From the human T2T-CHM13v2.0 reference genome, Homo sapiens, in NCBI RefSeq assembly GCF_009914755.1, contig NC_060940.1: DNA of 64,000 bases; one strand, 5' to 3'. The notes below the pieces were generated by a model. The model did not search any database and had not been told where the DNA came from. It saw only the letters and a program-made list of their open reading frames with translations. Positions 1 through 13,529 of the stretch are shown here, piece after piece (within the stretch, counting starts at the first letter, position 1; each line of letters opens with the position of its first letter). The translations under genes were made by a program, and so were the position numbers.

Positions 1-375
1 ATAAAAAAGGACAAATTCATGTCCTTTGCAGCAACATGGATGCAGCTGGAGGCCATTTCCTAAGTTAACAGAAACAGAAACAGAAACAGAAAACCAATTG
101 CTCTATATATTCTCCCTTATTCTCACAACTGGGAGCTGAACCTGGAGTATGCATGGAGATAAAGATGGAAACAAGACACTGGGCACTGCGGACTACTGTG
201 GGGGAGGAGGGGTGGAGAGCAAGGGTTGAAAAACTACTTTTTGGGTAATGTGTTCACTACCTGGATGGATCATTCAAACATACACCTAATCTCAGCAGCA
301 TGCAGCTTGCCCATGTAACAAACTTTCACATGTACCACCTGAACCTAAAATAAAAGTTGAAAAAAACAAATAAAA
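1..375 (+). mobile_element. L1 3' end (L1PB/old L1PA-like), cut by window start
   Basis: ATGTCCTTTGCAGCAACATGGATGCAGCTGGAGGCCATT, G-rich 3'UTR tract, CCCATGTAACAAAC...CACATGTACCACCTGAACCTAAAATAAAAGTT, then A-rich tail; internal (CAGAAA)n at about 69-92. Confidence 0.85.
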
Positions 376-384
376 ATGAATAAA

Positions 385-456
385 CTAAAATTAAATAATA
401 TTAAATATTTAGTCCTTCAGTTGCCCCAGTGAAATTTCAATATCCAATAGGCATGT
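385..456. mobile_element. MER3/MER33-like hAT-Charlie fragment
   Basis: AAATTAAATAATATTAAATATTTAGTCCTTCAGTTGCCCCAGTGAAATTTCAATATCCAATAGGCATG resembles the MER33 core. Confidence 0.45.
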
Positions 457-609
457 AAAATATTAACTAAAAAATTATCACTGAGATCGACAAATATAGG
501 TTCATGTTTTCTTCCCTTTTTCTTCTCTTCTTAAGCTTAGCAATGTTTATATCTCCAGAATATAGATGTTTTCACACTTGTGACATGGTAGATGGAATTT
601 TTGAGGCTA

Positions 610-692
610 TTTTTTTTTCTTTATTTTAATTTGTTTACATTTCTTTTGAAACAAGGTCTTACTCTGGTGCCTAGGTTGAGTGCAGTGGTGTG
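610..692 (-). mobile_element. very short 5'-truncated Alu 3' end with degenerate tail
   Basis: TTTTGAAACAAGGTCTTACTCTGGTGCCTAGGTTGAGTGCAGTGGTGTG is the antisense of the last ~45 nt of Alu, preceded by a T-rich tail. Confidence 0.65.
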
Positions 693-1997
693 TAGGACAT
701 TTTTTTTTTTTTTAAATAAGCACTTCCCTTTTACCGTCTTTGGATCTTTCCTACCTGATAAAAATTTAAAGGCAAAGTCATCATTGACATACAAGAACTT
801 CTCAGTCTCTTTCCTGAATCATCAAGGATAAAACATCTAGGGAGGGGAGGTTTGATCATTGACTTGAATCTGTCATTATCCAACTACAGTTACATAGAAT
901 CAAAAATTAGTCAACTTTTTTCTCATTCATGAAAGTGATAGAGAAGGTTGTTTGCTTCAGTTATATCTTATAAAAAGTACAAATACAGAGGAGGAAATTG
1001 AGATGCAGAAAGAGAAAACAACCAGTAAGTGTATGTCAGATTTCAAACTAGGATCCATATCTCCCAATTCAATCACATTGCTTTTTTTTTTCAAAAACTA
1101 TCTCATTCTTCCAATCAGTGCTTTAAAAAAATAAATCTGTACAGTTAAGTCACTGCCCTTTTCCCCTTCTCTGATAATTATTGAGAAACAATGAGTATGT
1201 TATAATTTCCAGAGTCAGATATTCAAAGAAATATTTTAAAAGATATACTGATGCCATGAAAAAAATTATCCTCAAATATTATTGAGCATCAATTACATTT
1301 AACAGACAAAGTTCTATCACTACTATTTTGAGAAAATATTATGAAGTTATTCAAAATGTTTTTGTATTAAAATCAATTTAAAATTCCAATATAATGTAAA
1401 ACCATGTATTTGTTGAACTGATTGTATATATACCTATATTTATATCTTTATATATATATCTATATGGATATACATTGATCTATATCTAGATATATAGGTA
1501 GCATTATTAATATGCATATAAAGTAGACTTTGATGTCTTCCTCTATTTATTAACATTATTAAAGAAACATTATTAAATTATAATAATTATAAAATTATTA
1601 TAAAAAGGAACATTTTTAAATTATAATTATGCAGATATTCATTTTAATTTTGATTAAAAAATAATCAAATTATATCGTATGGAAAGTCACTATTCTGACT
1701 GGTATAAAGGTTCTAGAAATTATCCTGGCCTTCTAGGAACTTACCTTCTAAAAAAAATCCAACATTTCAGTTTCTCTTTCATTATAGGACACTGTAAGTG
1801 CTATTATAGAAATATACACAAAAGCTAGTTTATTAAAGAACAAAGGCTATTTCAAACAGAAAGAATTCATAACAGAGCTGACAATTCTTTTTGGACTTGA
1901 AAGCAGAGTAGGATTTCAAAGGAAAACACATTTTTGAAAGGTGAGTGCATGCATTTTTGTAAGGTGATCTTGATCTCACTACATATGGTACTCAGGA

Positions 1998-2173
1998 CAG
2001 TGCTCTCAACCTTGACTTCCCATTTAAATCACCTAGGAAACTTTTAAAATAGACACACCACGGTCCCTGCCCCTAAGACTATGATTTGATTGATCTCAGG
2101 AGAGGCCTGCTTATAAGGATTTTTAGGAGCTCTCTGGGAGATTTTCATGAGCAGCCAAGATTGAGAACCATTG
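1998..2173. mobile_element. MER5A-like hAT-Charlie DNA transposon
   Basis: Terminal inverted repeats CAGTGCTCTCAAC ... TTGAGAACCATTG; internal AAATCACCTAGGAAACTTTTAAAA and GCAGCCAAGATTGAGAACC. Confidence 0.75.
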
Positions 2174-2399
2174 CCTTGGATGATAGTCAAGAGATTGTAT
2201 GAGGGCAAAATTGGCTGTTTTACAAGGCTGTTGTAGAAATCCACTATTTATAAAATGATGCTACTCAAGAGCCTTCATAATAATTTAATAAATTCATTCT
2301 TTTGTAGATAAAGGGGAAAACAAAAAATTTACTGCCTTATGTAAGATACAAATAAAGTGCCAATTCCAGTGCATAGCACATAAAAGATGAGGGAAATAA

Positions 2400-2490
2400 A
2401 CTAATATTTTATTGAGTAGCTCATGTAAGTTTAGGACTGGGTTAGATATGATCACAAAAATAATCTTAATATATCCTCATATAAACTGCT
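2400..2490 (-). mobile_element. MIR relic
   Basis: CTAATATTTTATTGAGTAGCTCATGT...ATCCTCATA resembles the antisense MIR 3' end. Confidence 0.4.
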
Positions 2491-2914
2491 TTATGTTGAC
2501 TTGCCTATTTCCTACATAATAATTTTATGTATGTTTATATGCATGCATACATAGACACCAAAGTATAGAACTCTTAAATACTAACATTATACTAACAAGC
2601 ACTTTGTTTCCAGGCAAATGTTATGAAAACACTTTGCTTTTTCAGTGTCAACAGCACTATTAATGCCACAACCTGACATAGCCTGGGTTAAAACAAAGGC
2701 CAGATCTTCAAATGTCACCAAAGATTATCAACACATTGTAAGGTAGCATGCTTATCACCAAATCACAGCATTCACATTGGTGGACTGCCTGGTGCAATGC
2801 ATTCAGACAACACTTGCTCCAAGAGTAATATTTGTTTCATTAGCAAAGAACAGAACATAAAGAGGGAAAACTTAAGCTCCTAAGGAAATTATTTTAAGTT
2901 TTATCTGAACAAAC

Positions 2915-3355
2915 AGTGACAGACACCTACAAGACTCTTTCAGTTCTGGCCCCTGTTCATTCTTCAACTGAATTTCCTGCCACCGTCTTCTTCCCTTACT
3001 GGCTCAGAACACACTGGGCTCCTTCACCACACTTGTCATCTTCACACACTATGAAGATAATCACACTCTTTTTACCTCCAGGCTCTTTCATGAGCTGTTT
3101 TCTCTTGCATGTTATCATCTTGGACAGGTTGTCCCCAGCCGCTTTAATTTTAAACAGACTCCTCTTGTTTTCTGTTGGTGTCTCTATTTTTTTTTCCAGG
3201 GAATATATTCAAGTTTTAATTATGCTTTTCAAGTATAAGCCCCATGAGAGTAAGGAGCTAATTTACTTTGTTCATTACAGTGTACCAAGCACTTAACACC
3301 AATTTCATTTTAGTAGTCACAAATAGTTTTTCAATGAATAAAATAAAGGAATAAA
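2915..3355 (+). mobile_element. L2 3' region relic
   Basis: TATAAGCCCCATGAGAGTAAGGAGC...TTTGTTCATTACAGTGTACCAAGCACTTAACA...AATGAATAAAAT resembles the L2 3' end. Confidence 0.6.
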
Positions 3356-5133
3356 GAAATACAACTCCAGCATACATGTAATATAGAAAAAATCTAGCAA
3401 TTGAAGTGAGCTTCCATGAGTAGACCTTTGCCCAAACTGTTTATGGATTATAGGAGGGTATAATGCAATGTGCAGTTTCTCTTTCAGCTATGACAAAAAT
3501 TCAATTAAAATAAATTATTTAAAGGACAGAAGGCAATTAAAACAGCTTTGGCCCAAAATAGTTAATATCAAATGATTTTATCAAACATGGAAAATTACAG
3601 GTTCTGTTATTAGAGGATAATAGAATTCTTGTAAATTATTAAAAAGGAGCAAGACAGCAACATGTGAAATTAGATATGAAATTAGAAAGTGACTAGTTTT
3701 TTTAATGGTGATATTATTTGTTTTAAAATAAATACCAAGCATGATGGATAAATTAATCTGATTCATGGATATAAAAATCATGCCTGGTTCTTAAATAAAG
3801 ATATAATGAAACTGAGTTATGACCTTCATGGTAGACTACCATGAATAGGCATTTCTACAACCCTGTCTCATGTCTCTGCATTTGTGATATGAATAATTTG
3901 AACTGTAAAAGTGAGATAATGGAAGACTGTTGAAAAGCAATGATACATATGTTATAAAATAAGAATGTCACACATCATGAGGGCAGATCAAGAGACATGA
4001 TCCTTATGATATGGAAAAAGATATTAACTGTGGAAATGTTGTTAATTACTTTCTAAATGTCATTCATTCATTATATTCATGCTATATTAGCAAAAGAAAT
4101 ATCTATTATCTCTTAATGGTTACTGGGCCAAATAAATACCATATTGATGAAATAATTAAATCCTTTTAATAAGAGCATTTTGATTTTGTTAAATTTATTT
4201 TTAGATATTAAAATTTTAAATGGGTTAAAGTTTCAGAGATCTGAGTAAAAAGGTCAATGTTAATTTGTGCTTATGAGAGTGTGTCTCACTTCAGTTATAT
4301 AAATAATACAAATGATAGATACATGCAGAAAAGAAGTCAGAATGAATATGCATTAAAAGCCAATATGCAATCAGCATTTATAGAATGGTGATTTGGTTAA
4401 TAGTACCAAGCACGTTCTTGCTTTTCATGGATTACCATTCACAATTCTAATTTGTGAGACAAGTATTTTATGGCCTATTACCATGAGTATATTCTGATGT
4501 ATTTATTTAAATCACAGAACTTTGTGAGATTACTGTGCAGTAGCTGCAATGCCAGGAGAAGACTGTCAGCTCCCCATGGCTTGGCAATCTTCCACCTTTA
4601 CTTATCTATGAGAAACGCCAGATACTTTAAATTCAGGTATATGAGAAACTATGTCAGGTCTATTAGAAACTACATGAACAGAGGGAAGGAATAGTACATT
4701 TCTTAAGAATGTTGTGTCTCCTGGATTATTTTAGTATTTTTTTAAATTCTGATTTTACAACAAATTAGTCATGGTTAGGAATTAAAGTTGGGTAAACCCA
4801 GAAAAGTAAGTATTTACTTAACTCTTATTAGCTGTAAGGATTTTTGCTGGATCCTAAGGAAGGGGATAAATGTAATGAGAATAAGGATGTGTCTATTAAG
4901 TTGATGCATAAATTCACATCTGTATATGGCAAAATAAATTTTATTACCATAAATATAACACGTATGTAACGCTTAAAAACAATGTTGGCATTTATGAAAT
5001 GTTACTTTAAACATTTTCTGAAGTGTTTCCCATGGAATGCTAATTCTGGAAATGCCTTGTTTTTAATTATATTATTGGCTGAATGTTTTAAGAAAAAAGG
5101 ACCCCTTATCAATGTATATTAAATCTCATTTTT

Positions 5134-5435
<302 letters not shown>

Positions 5436-5551
5436 TTACCCATTTTAGTAATTCACAATGCATATTATTTTGGGACTTCCAGCAATTTTTGACAAACTAA
5501 AATCTATTCAAAGATATTCATCACATTTCCTCAACTTCTTAGGCATATAAT

Positions 5552-5600
5552 ACACACACACACACACATGCACACACACACACACACAAACACACACACA

Positions 5601-5644
<44 letters not shown>
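5552..5644. repeat. compound microsatellite (CA)n-(TA)n
   Basis: Interrupted (CA)n at 5552-5600, then a pure TA tract at 5602-5644. Confidence 0.97.
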
Positions 5645-5646
<2 letters not shown>

Positions 5647-5949
5647 TAGTTATTTTGGGACAAAAATAAGCAATAAATATGTTTTATACAACTCACTTTG
5701 AAAAATACTGCTGGAATTTTTAAATTTTTATTTTTAGCACTTTTGCAATAAAAATTCTGACATAGACATTATTAACAGGAGTAGTCATTCAAATATTTTA
5801 ATTTTTTTATGAGCACTAGAAGCTCTAAGGAAGGAAATGTCTTTGTTAACAAATTATTTTCTTTAAAAAACAGAAAAAGTAATAGATAATTTACTACTTG
5901 TTCTCTACTATGATCAATAGCTTTTATATTGAATTTGTGGAGACATCCA

Positions 5950-6540
5950 TTTAATTCAACATTTATCCAAGACATATTTAAGTATCTCTACTCATGTACT
6001 TAAAGTATAATAACAAATGAGAAGGCTCCTGCACTCATGTGGCTCCCAGACTTATGAAGGAGATTTAAACTAATACCAACATTCTGTAGTAAGTGAGAAG
6101 GTAGAGGAGTGCAGAGCGTTCTAATAGGACGTCAACCTTAGAGACATTGGGCATGGGAAGGGTGAAGGAGCACTTGTTGAGAAGGAGAACTTAAGCTGAC
6201 TTTTGGAGAACTAGTGAAAATACCTATGCTGAAATTATGAGAGGAGGTGTAAAGGTACTCCCAGCGAAGTATAGCGTATTGTAAAACCACACTGTGAGAA
6301 GCAGGAGAAGAGAAAGAAGAGGACTAGAGCATTAGCAGTTGGTATCACAATGAATTGGGTTTATCTGAAACTTATGGACACTAATAGAGTGGAGAAATAG
6401 AGGGGTATATGAAAGGAGAAACTGGAAGAAGTCACATCAATGAGTATCTTGTACTCCATGCTAAGATGTTTGAAGTTCATGCTTAAGACAACGGTGAATC
6501 AATGAAAAGCTGAAAAGCAAGTGAGTGGCGTGACTATAAA
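5950..6540 (-). mobile_element. L2 relic
   Basis: ATTCAACATTTAT...GGCTCCTGCACTCATG...GGTGAATCAATGAAAAGCTGAAAAGCAAGTGAGTGGCGTGA, purine-rich antisense L2 pattern. Confidence 0.5.
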
Positions 6541-7813
6541 GAAGGAATTGATTCCCAGTGTTTCCTACCCTCAATGCCTAGACCCCCAAATTGGACAAAT
6601 TCTAGAAGATAAGGCCAGGTGGAAACCTTCTGCAGTGAATATTTATTAGTAAACTAATTTGGGAAAAAAGTGCTCAGTGAAAATGTGGAAATGTGGAGAA
6701 TGTTAAAAAATTATTCTCATAGTCAATGATACATTGTTATGGCCATATGCTGGAATGTGGGAACAGAAGTAAAAGTGACTTTTATTAAGCCCCTGGAGTG
6801 TGTGCCACACAATGCTAGGTATTGTTTCAGAAATAAAGATTAGCAAGAATTTAATTTATCCTTCACAGTTTTGACCACATAAGATGGCTGCAATTGTATT
6901 AAATGAGATAGTTTCTGAGTGCTCCTGAAACCTATTTCTCGCATAGTAACACTGATAGTTTACCATACTTTTGTATTACTTCTTTACTCTGCTACATACA
7001 TTGGAATACTTTTAAGCCTGCAAACAGCTGTCGTTTGCCTCTCTTTACTCAATGCATACGCTGATCACTGACCCATAATATGCAATAAATGAACACATGC
7101 TTAAGCAATTCATACAATCAAGTATCTAGGCTGATACCTATCAAATGACTTTCAATAAAAACATAGTGTTAAACAGATAGGATAAATTCATTATTTATAT
7201 TCCAGGTTTTTAGTTTCTTCATCTGTTCAATTTACTTCTGTCTCTAAACATTTTTTTTTCTCCTCACTTTTAACTTAAAGTTGTCCATATTTGCCTCACA
7301 AAACATCAGGGGCATAACGTGAAGATCTGGGGAAAGTAGAAAGGACCTTCTAATTCATGATAATTTATTAGACTTATCCTAAAGACATGATATAGTGTTC
7401 CCCTTATGGAGTTTAGAGGCTAAGAAAGAAAGTAGACATCAATCTCTAAGTTGCAAGGAGGAATTCAAGGTAAAAGTAACCCTTTAATATAGGAACTAAA
7501 CTAGTTTTAGTAGCAAAAACTTTTTATTGAAAGGATTGTGGAAGAAAGGGTCAGGCTTTCCTGTCATTTCTAATCCTATGTATTATAAAATTTTACCATC
7601 TTTACCCATTGTTTGATTTTTAGTTTAATTAAGGTTATTATCTTAACAAAGATGTAGTCTCTTAAATATATTTTGACATTTAAGCTCAAATATGATTTTT
7701 ACATCTTAAAAATGTGATATCTGTTGGTTTTACTATAATAATCATTAAAAATCTCATTATGCAATTGCATATTTAGGTAACTCATATTTTTTATAGTGAC
7801 TAATAGGATAAAT

Positions 7814-8200
7814 AGTCTTACACGTTTGAGTTCCCAAAAAGCAGACAAGAAGATAGAATTAGACATACAAGGAAGAGATACTAGGGAAAGGAAAGGTGGG
7901 GAGACTCTTTGGAATAAAATGCAGGTCTGGCTTCCACTGAAGGAGAGACAGAAGGTAGTGGTGTAATGATGTTAGGAAGACTCAGACTTCAGCACAGTTC
8001 CAAGAAAGTTTCAGCAGATCACTGGGTAGTCCTCAAGCTAAGATCATCTATTGAAGGAGCTCTTCATCTCACTAGATAACCCCCAAGTAACCCCATCATG
8101 CTCCATGACTGACTCAGAGAAACCCCCCCGAAGCTTAGCTTGATGCAAACTTTGTGGAAAATCCAGAAGGGTAGCAGCGAGTGTCTTCATATCTGCAGCA
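7814..8200 (-). mobile_element. LTR16-like (ERVL) solo LTR
   Basis: TTGAGTTCCCAAAAAGCAGAC...GCAGGTCTGG...GAAGGAGAGA...CTCAGACTTCAGCACAGTTCCAAGAAAGTTTCAGC matches recalled LTR16A antisense. Confidence 0.6.
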
Positions 8201-9164
8201 GGAGATAAGAGAAACATGTTTTCATGACTTACATTATACATAGATCTTTGTTCTCTTTTTGTTCTTGTGGGTCCAGATCCATAATGTTATTTTATAATTC
8301 TATAAAAAAGGATATAAATATTTTAAAGATACGGCATACGTATTTCCAAATTGTAAACATTATTAGGGGGCAGAGTATAATGTGATCATAAATACAAGGC
8401 TTAAATGCATGTTATTTTACACTTGTCATAATTGCATGGTAATGTTATTCATTTTAAACTGCATGAGTTTGAAAATCATAAAATTATATTCAGATTTGAT
8501 TCCAAAGATGTTTTGTTTTTCTTTGTGGGGGACTACTACTTTGGCGTTATCTGGTGCACAGTAGAACCGGAAACCCAGTTATCAGCATTTGGGCCCAGAA
8601 TTTTTATTCCTTTATGATACAGCATTTGCCTTTTCTTATTGCCTGACTAGGCTTAATGCCAGCCCTCTTTTGAAATTCCACTGGTCTCAGCCCCTCCCAC
8701 TTGCTTGTTCACTCATTCAGCATTGTGCTAGGGTAGGGGTAGGTGAACATATGGAGGATCCCGCCTTTAGAGAATTAGAAACAACAGCAGCAGCAGGCCT
8801 GCTGGTGGGAAGCAGCATTTTGTTTGTTAAAGTCAACCCTCTTCCCACTGAAGCAGCCCCAGGCAGAGGGGCCATGCAGCCAAAAATGTCAGAAAACATG
8901 GAGTGTCCCAGACCTTCACCCAGATTGGCATTTCAGGCAGGAAGACAGCCTTTGCCTGGGGAATGTCACTGCCGAGTTTGATGATTCTTGGTAATTAATC
9001 AACAGCTTCAGTGAAGGTATCCGGCTGTATCAGGAAGAGTGAACACAGATAATACTTCAGATGAGTATAGAAGAAATTTAGAATGATTCTCAGCAAAGAT
9101 GATAGCACACCGTCATCTTCTCTCCAGAGGAGCAAGGCCCTGCATCTACAAAGAAAATCAATAT

Positions 9165-9295
9165 TCCTGCCATTGCTCTGTCACTAATTTTACATATAAC
9201 CTTGGGCATAGGTGGGTCTCAGATGCCTCCTCTGTAAAATGAAGCAGGGGAAATGAGATCCCTAAGAATCCTTCCAGATTTAACATTCTGTGTGA
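9165..9295 (+). mobile_element. MIR3-like SINE
   Basis: AACCTTGGGCA...CTCAGATGCCTCCTCTGTAAAATG...CTAAGAATCCTTCCAGATTTAACATTCTGTG. Confidence 0.6.
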
Positions 9296-10129
9296 CCCTA
9301 TTAACATCTCCCATCTCCAGGAGACTGAGGCAGCTTGCTTTCTTACTCACCTGAACTTGGGGTCATTTGAATTAATTTCTCTGTCTCTCTTCACCTATAT
9401 CTCTTCACTCAGCTTTGCTAGAGTTGTGATTATTAAGGAGCTATCTGAAGCAACATCCGCGGGTAAGTATGTTTCACTCACTCCTCAAACACCACGCTTC
9501 TTTATGCTTTTTATCTTCAGGATGTGCCAATTGTCTGTCCAGAATGCTTTCCCCAAAACTCTTTTTTCCTCTGACTTATAGATTCCCACTTTACTTTTGA
9601 GGTAATCAAACAAAACTCCTGGAAACATTTCTTTTAAATCCATCTCCATTTACTGCCTCTCACACTCTTCCTCCGTGTTCTTACTTTAGTGTGTATTTAT
9701 TTTATACTAATATTTATTCTCCTCTTTTGGAGGTTACTGTATTCTTTTCCTTTCTCTTCTCTTATTTATTTCAATTTAATTTTCTGACAGTTGAGATAAA
9801 ACAATTCACTCAACTTATTCTAGCATATACGAAGTAGTGATTTTTGTTGTTTTTGGATGAATAAGCTTGGCTCTCATGACAAGAGAGAGTGTCAACTACT
9901 TAATGTAAATGAATTAAGCTGAGCAGTTTTTTTTGTGTATGCAAATCAATTCTCAAAATAATTCACTATGACTAATGCCTGCATTTCTATATCTGGGTTT
10001 TCAGGTGTAGCCAATAATAGAAGTCTAGATGAAATAAAGTAGTGAAGATTTTAGCTCATTTTGCTAGTGTTTTTTTGGTCTATCAAACAATTAAGGTTGA
10101 GCATTCCTTTTCTGTTTTTTAAATGAGAA

Positions 10130-10530
10130 TTATTTCCTTCTGTCTATTGTTTTCCTTTAATAGTTACAGATATATTCAGACTTTCTTTTTATTTTAGAGT
10201 GAGTAATCATAAAAGTGAATAAAATATTTCTACAAAAACTGTATGTCTTTAAAATTTTTGGCAAAAAGTAGTTTTTAGAAATTAACAAAATTCCTCCCCT
10301 CATTTAGGGTCCCTTTTTATTCCTAATGTTAAACTTTGCTCTTTTTCTCTTTTGTAAATTATTTTTGCAGAAGATTTTCTATTTCTTAGTCTTTTGAAAA
10401 AAAAAATTTAGTTTAGTTGATTGTCTCCAATGTTTGTTTTCTATTTAATTCAATTTTATCTTTATTATTTCCTTTCTTTCTACATACTCTAGATTCACTC
10501 ATTGGTTATTTACTTCTTTTTTCTGTTCTA
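10130..10530 (-). mobile_element. ancient L1M ORF2 fragment
   Basis: TAGTCTTTTGAAAAAA...TTGATTGTCTCCAATGTTTGTTTTCTATTTAATT...ATCTTTATTATTTCCTTTCTTTCTAC resembles antisense L1 ORF2. Confidence 0.5.
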
Positions 10531-10533
10531 TGC

Positions 10534-10859
<326 letters not shown>

Positions 10860-11137
10860 TAGTTATTTCTTTAATAGAACTTCGAGCCCATGTCCTAGGC
10901 CTGTCCTTGCTTTTTGTCGCTTTCCTAAGCCCCACCCCATCCCATATGAGACATGGGAGAATCTGGGGATAAGCATTGGTGATTGATAAGAAAAACAGGG
11001 TTTTGTGAAGATAGTGTTGTTATAGCACTCTATGAAGCTCTTAGAGAGGGAGGGCAAACTACCATTCATTTACCAGCTAAGATTTTGTAGGTGTTTATAC
11101 TGGATCTGGAGGACAGAGGTTATTTGACTTGCACAAT

Positions 11138-11232
11138 ACCAATTTTACAGATGGAAAAATTGAGTTTTAGAAGGCTAAAGAGATATTTATGAGTTCACAA
11201 GACTAGTATTAATGGTGCTGTGGTTCAAGCCA
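11138..11232 (-). mobile_element. MIR core
   Basis: CCAATTTTACAGATGGAAAAATTGAG...TTCACAAGACTAGTA...GGTTCAAGCCC. Confidence 0.55.
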
Positions 11233-12519
11233 CATAACATGAAAATATGCTGAATATGAAAACAAAATGGAAGCTAGATATGAGACAATATTTGCTATAA
11301 GAACAGAAGACAAGAAATAAGTCCAGAGATGGAGAAATACAGAGACTGTGTCCCAAGAAATGGGTGAAGCTAGAGGGTCTAGGATAATTGTCTTAAACAA
11401 TTGGCTGTAATGTATAAAGCTCCATGAGGTGAGTAGATGGGTCAGTGCTAGGTTAGGGTCTTGCAGTATAGCTTGGTCACAGTGACACTGAATTACTAAA
11501 TTGCTTTTCTTTACCAAAATTGACAGTTCACCAAATTGTGTTTGTAAGCTGCCTTTGGCTTCAACAATTTTTAAATGCCGGAGAGTTTGAAAAACAAACA
11601 CAGGCGAATATGTACTCATAAGATTCTATTGTTCAGGCTAAATGTGAGATTAAGGGATGAGTTTTTCAATGGTGATCCTAAAACAGGTTCTCTGAATGAT
11701 GTCATCCTAGAGCAGCAGAAATAACTTCCTCAGAACTTTCTGTGGTTCTAAACATGTGAGCCATATATAGCAACTAGAACAGATAGGTTTCTATATTCCA
11801 CACATTGTATGAATGCACATACACTCGTGCACAAACACATACATTTTTTTTATCTGGTTCAGAAATTTATTCCCCGTATGCTCCATTCTTTGACTTCCTA
11901 ATGGTTCATTTTATGATATGATATTGTTTCACACATGAATGAATTGAAAGACATAAGAAGCAATCTGTCTGCTGTGAATTCACTCCTAAAGCCCTTCTCA
12001 TTTCTTAATGTCCATGCATTTGAGCCTCTACAACCAAGTGCCAAAAAGAATTCTTTTCTTTGCTTTGTATTTTTACTGGGTCTGCATTTCTACTTATCCC
12101 ACCCTCAAAGAAAACATTTGGATTTCATTCAGAGTTCTGAAAGAATATTTGAATCGTAGATTTCCTTTGAACACTTGTGGCAAAAATGAAATAGTACTCA
12201 TTCCCTAATGCTCCCATTACAGAACATTTGTGAAAAATTAATTAGAAAAAAATTAATATTGTATATGCTCCGCTTGTAGACCCAGATTCTTTTTGCAATT
12301 GATGTGATGTCATGTAAATGTGAAAAAGTCATGATTTTTCAGAATATAAGCAGAATGATATAAATATTCATTTGTTTATATTTATTTGTATTAATAAAAG
12401 GGCTTTTCCTCTTCTGCTTATAGGTCTCCGTGTTTTCCCTTATCAAAGCATTTAGTAATAGTATTCATTTATAAATAAATAAAATACATGCATTTCATTA
12501 TAGGAATCCATTGATGGAC

Positions 12520-12700
12520 AATCATATATGGTCCCTGCCCTCATGGAGCTTATAGTCTAATGTGAGATATATTGACTAGGCAACTGTAGGTAAGAATATA
12601 AAGAATATGCTATTTCACTATATAAACTGCAGCTTTAAGTAGTCTATGGCATCACTGAGGATTTCTAGAGAAAATGATCTCAAAACAGAGACCTGACCAT
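12520..12700 (-). mobile_element. L2 relic
   Basis: GGTCCCTGCCCTCATGGAGCTTATAGTCTAATG, an antisense L2 hallmark. Confidence 0.6.
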
Positions 12701-13529
12701 AAATCAGATTCTTCCTAGCCTCTGTAAGAGAGGGAGTACAGACAACTTTAATTGTCTGCCCTTTAGGCAAGCACATTACCTACATGTCACTTCCATTAAA
12801 GATCATAATTTGTAAGAAAAAAGAAAATGGGACTGTGTCTCATGAGTTCCCTAATCCAGTACAATGAGAAAGCTGAGATCTACAGATTTTAAGATGACAC
12901 ATCTACCGTGTGGATTTTCTTTTTTTCATTAAACATAATTGTAAGAACAAGTTGCAATATTTTAGTATTCAGGAGAAGGATGAAATAAAGTGATTGTGGG
13001 AATGTAAGATAAGTCAGTGGAAACATTATTACTTACCTGTTACATGTACTGATCAATGGTTTCAAATAAAAAAAAATTAAAGTGTTACCAAAATTTTATT
13101 CCAGTACAAATGCATGATAAAAAGGCATATTCCAGAATTTGAGGGCAGGTTCAAAGAAGCATGGAAATGTATATGGCAGGAATGAGGGAGGCAACTAGCC
13201 AGGAAGAGTGCAGCAGGTATTGCCTTATAGGTGCTGAAGAAGTTTTACTTGCTGGCCTGTTTATTATTAAACTTCCTTAACTTGTCTTCAACAAATTCCA
13301 TTGCCATCGTGTTGCTTTGGAAAAAGGGTTTCCTTAGATGTCTAGATAATGCTTTTACAAATCTCTAAGTAACCATGTAGAATGGATGGAATGTAATGAA
13401 CTTAGAGATGGACATTCCAAGTTAGAGAAAGGTCCATTTCACAAAGAATAAACTATTGAGATTACTATAAAATTGTATAATTTGTATTAATATTCATTAA
13501 CAGGGCATTAGCAGAATGAATGCCAAAAA

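Noticed and set aside
8589-8981. 130-aa ORF in unique sequence
   Set aside because: Non-ATG start, no recognisable domain; length is within chance range for a locally GC-richer stretch.
9463-9520. Plus-strand intron from the 9462 donor to the TTTTATCTTCAG acceptor
   Set aside because: Only 58 nt, below the usual minimum for human spliceosomal introns.
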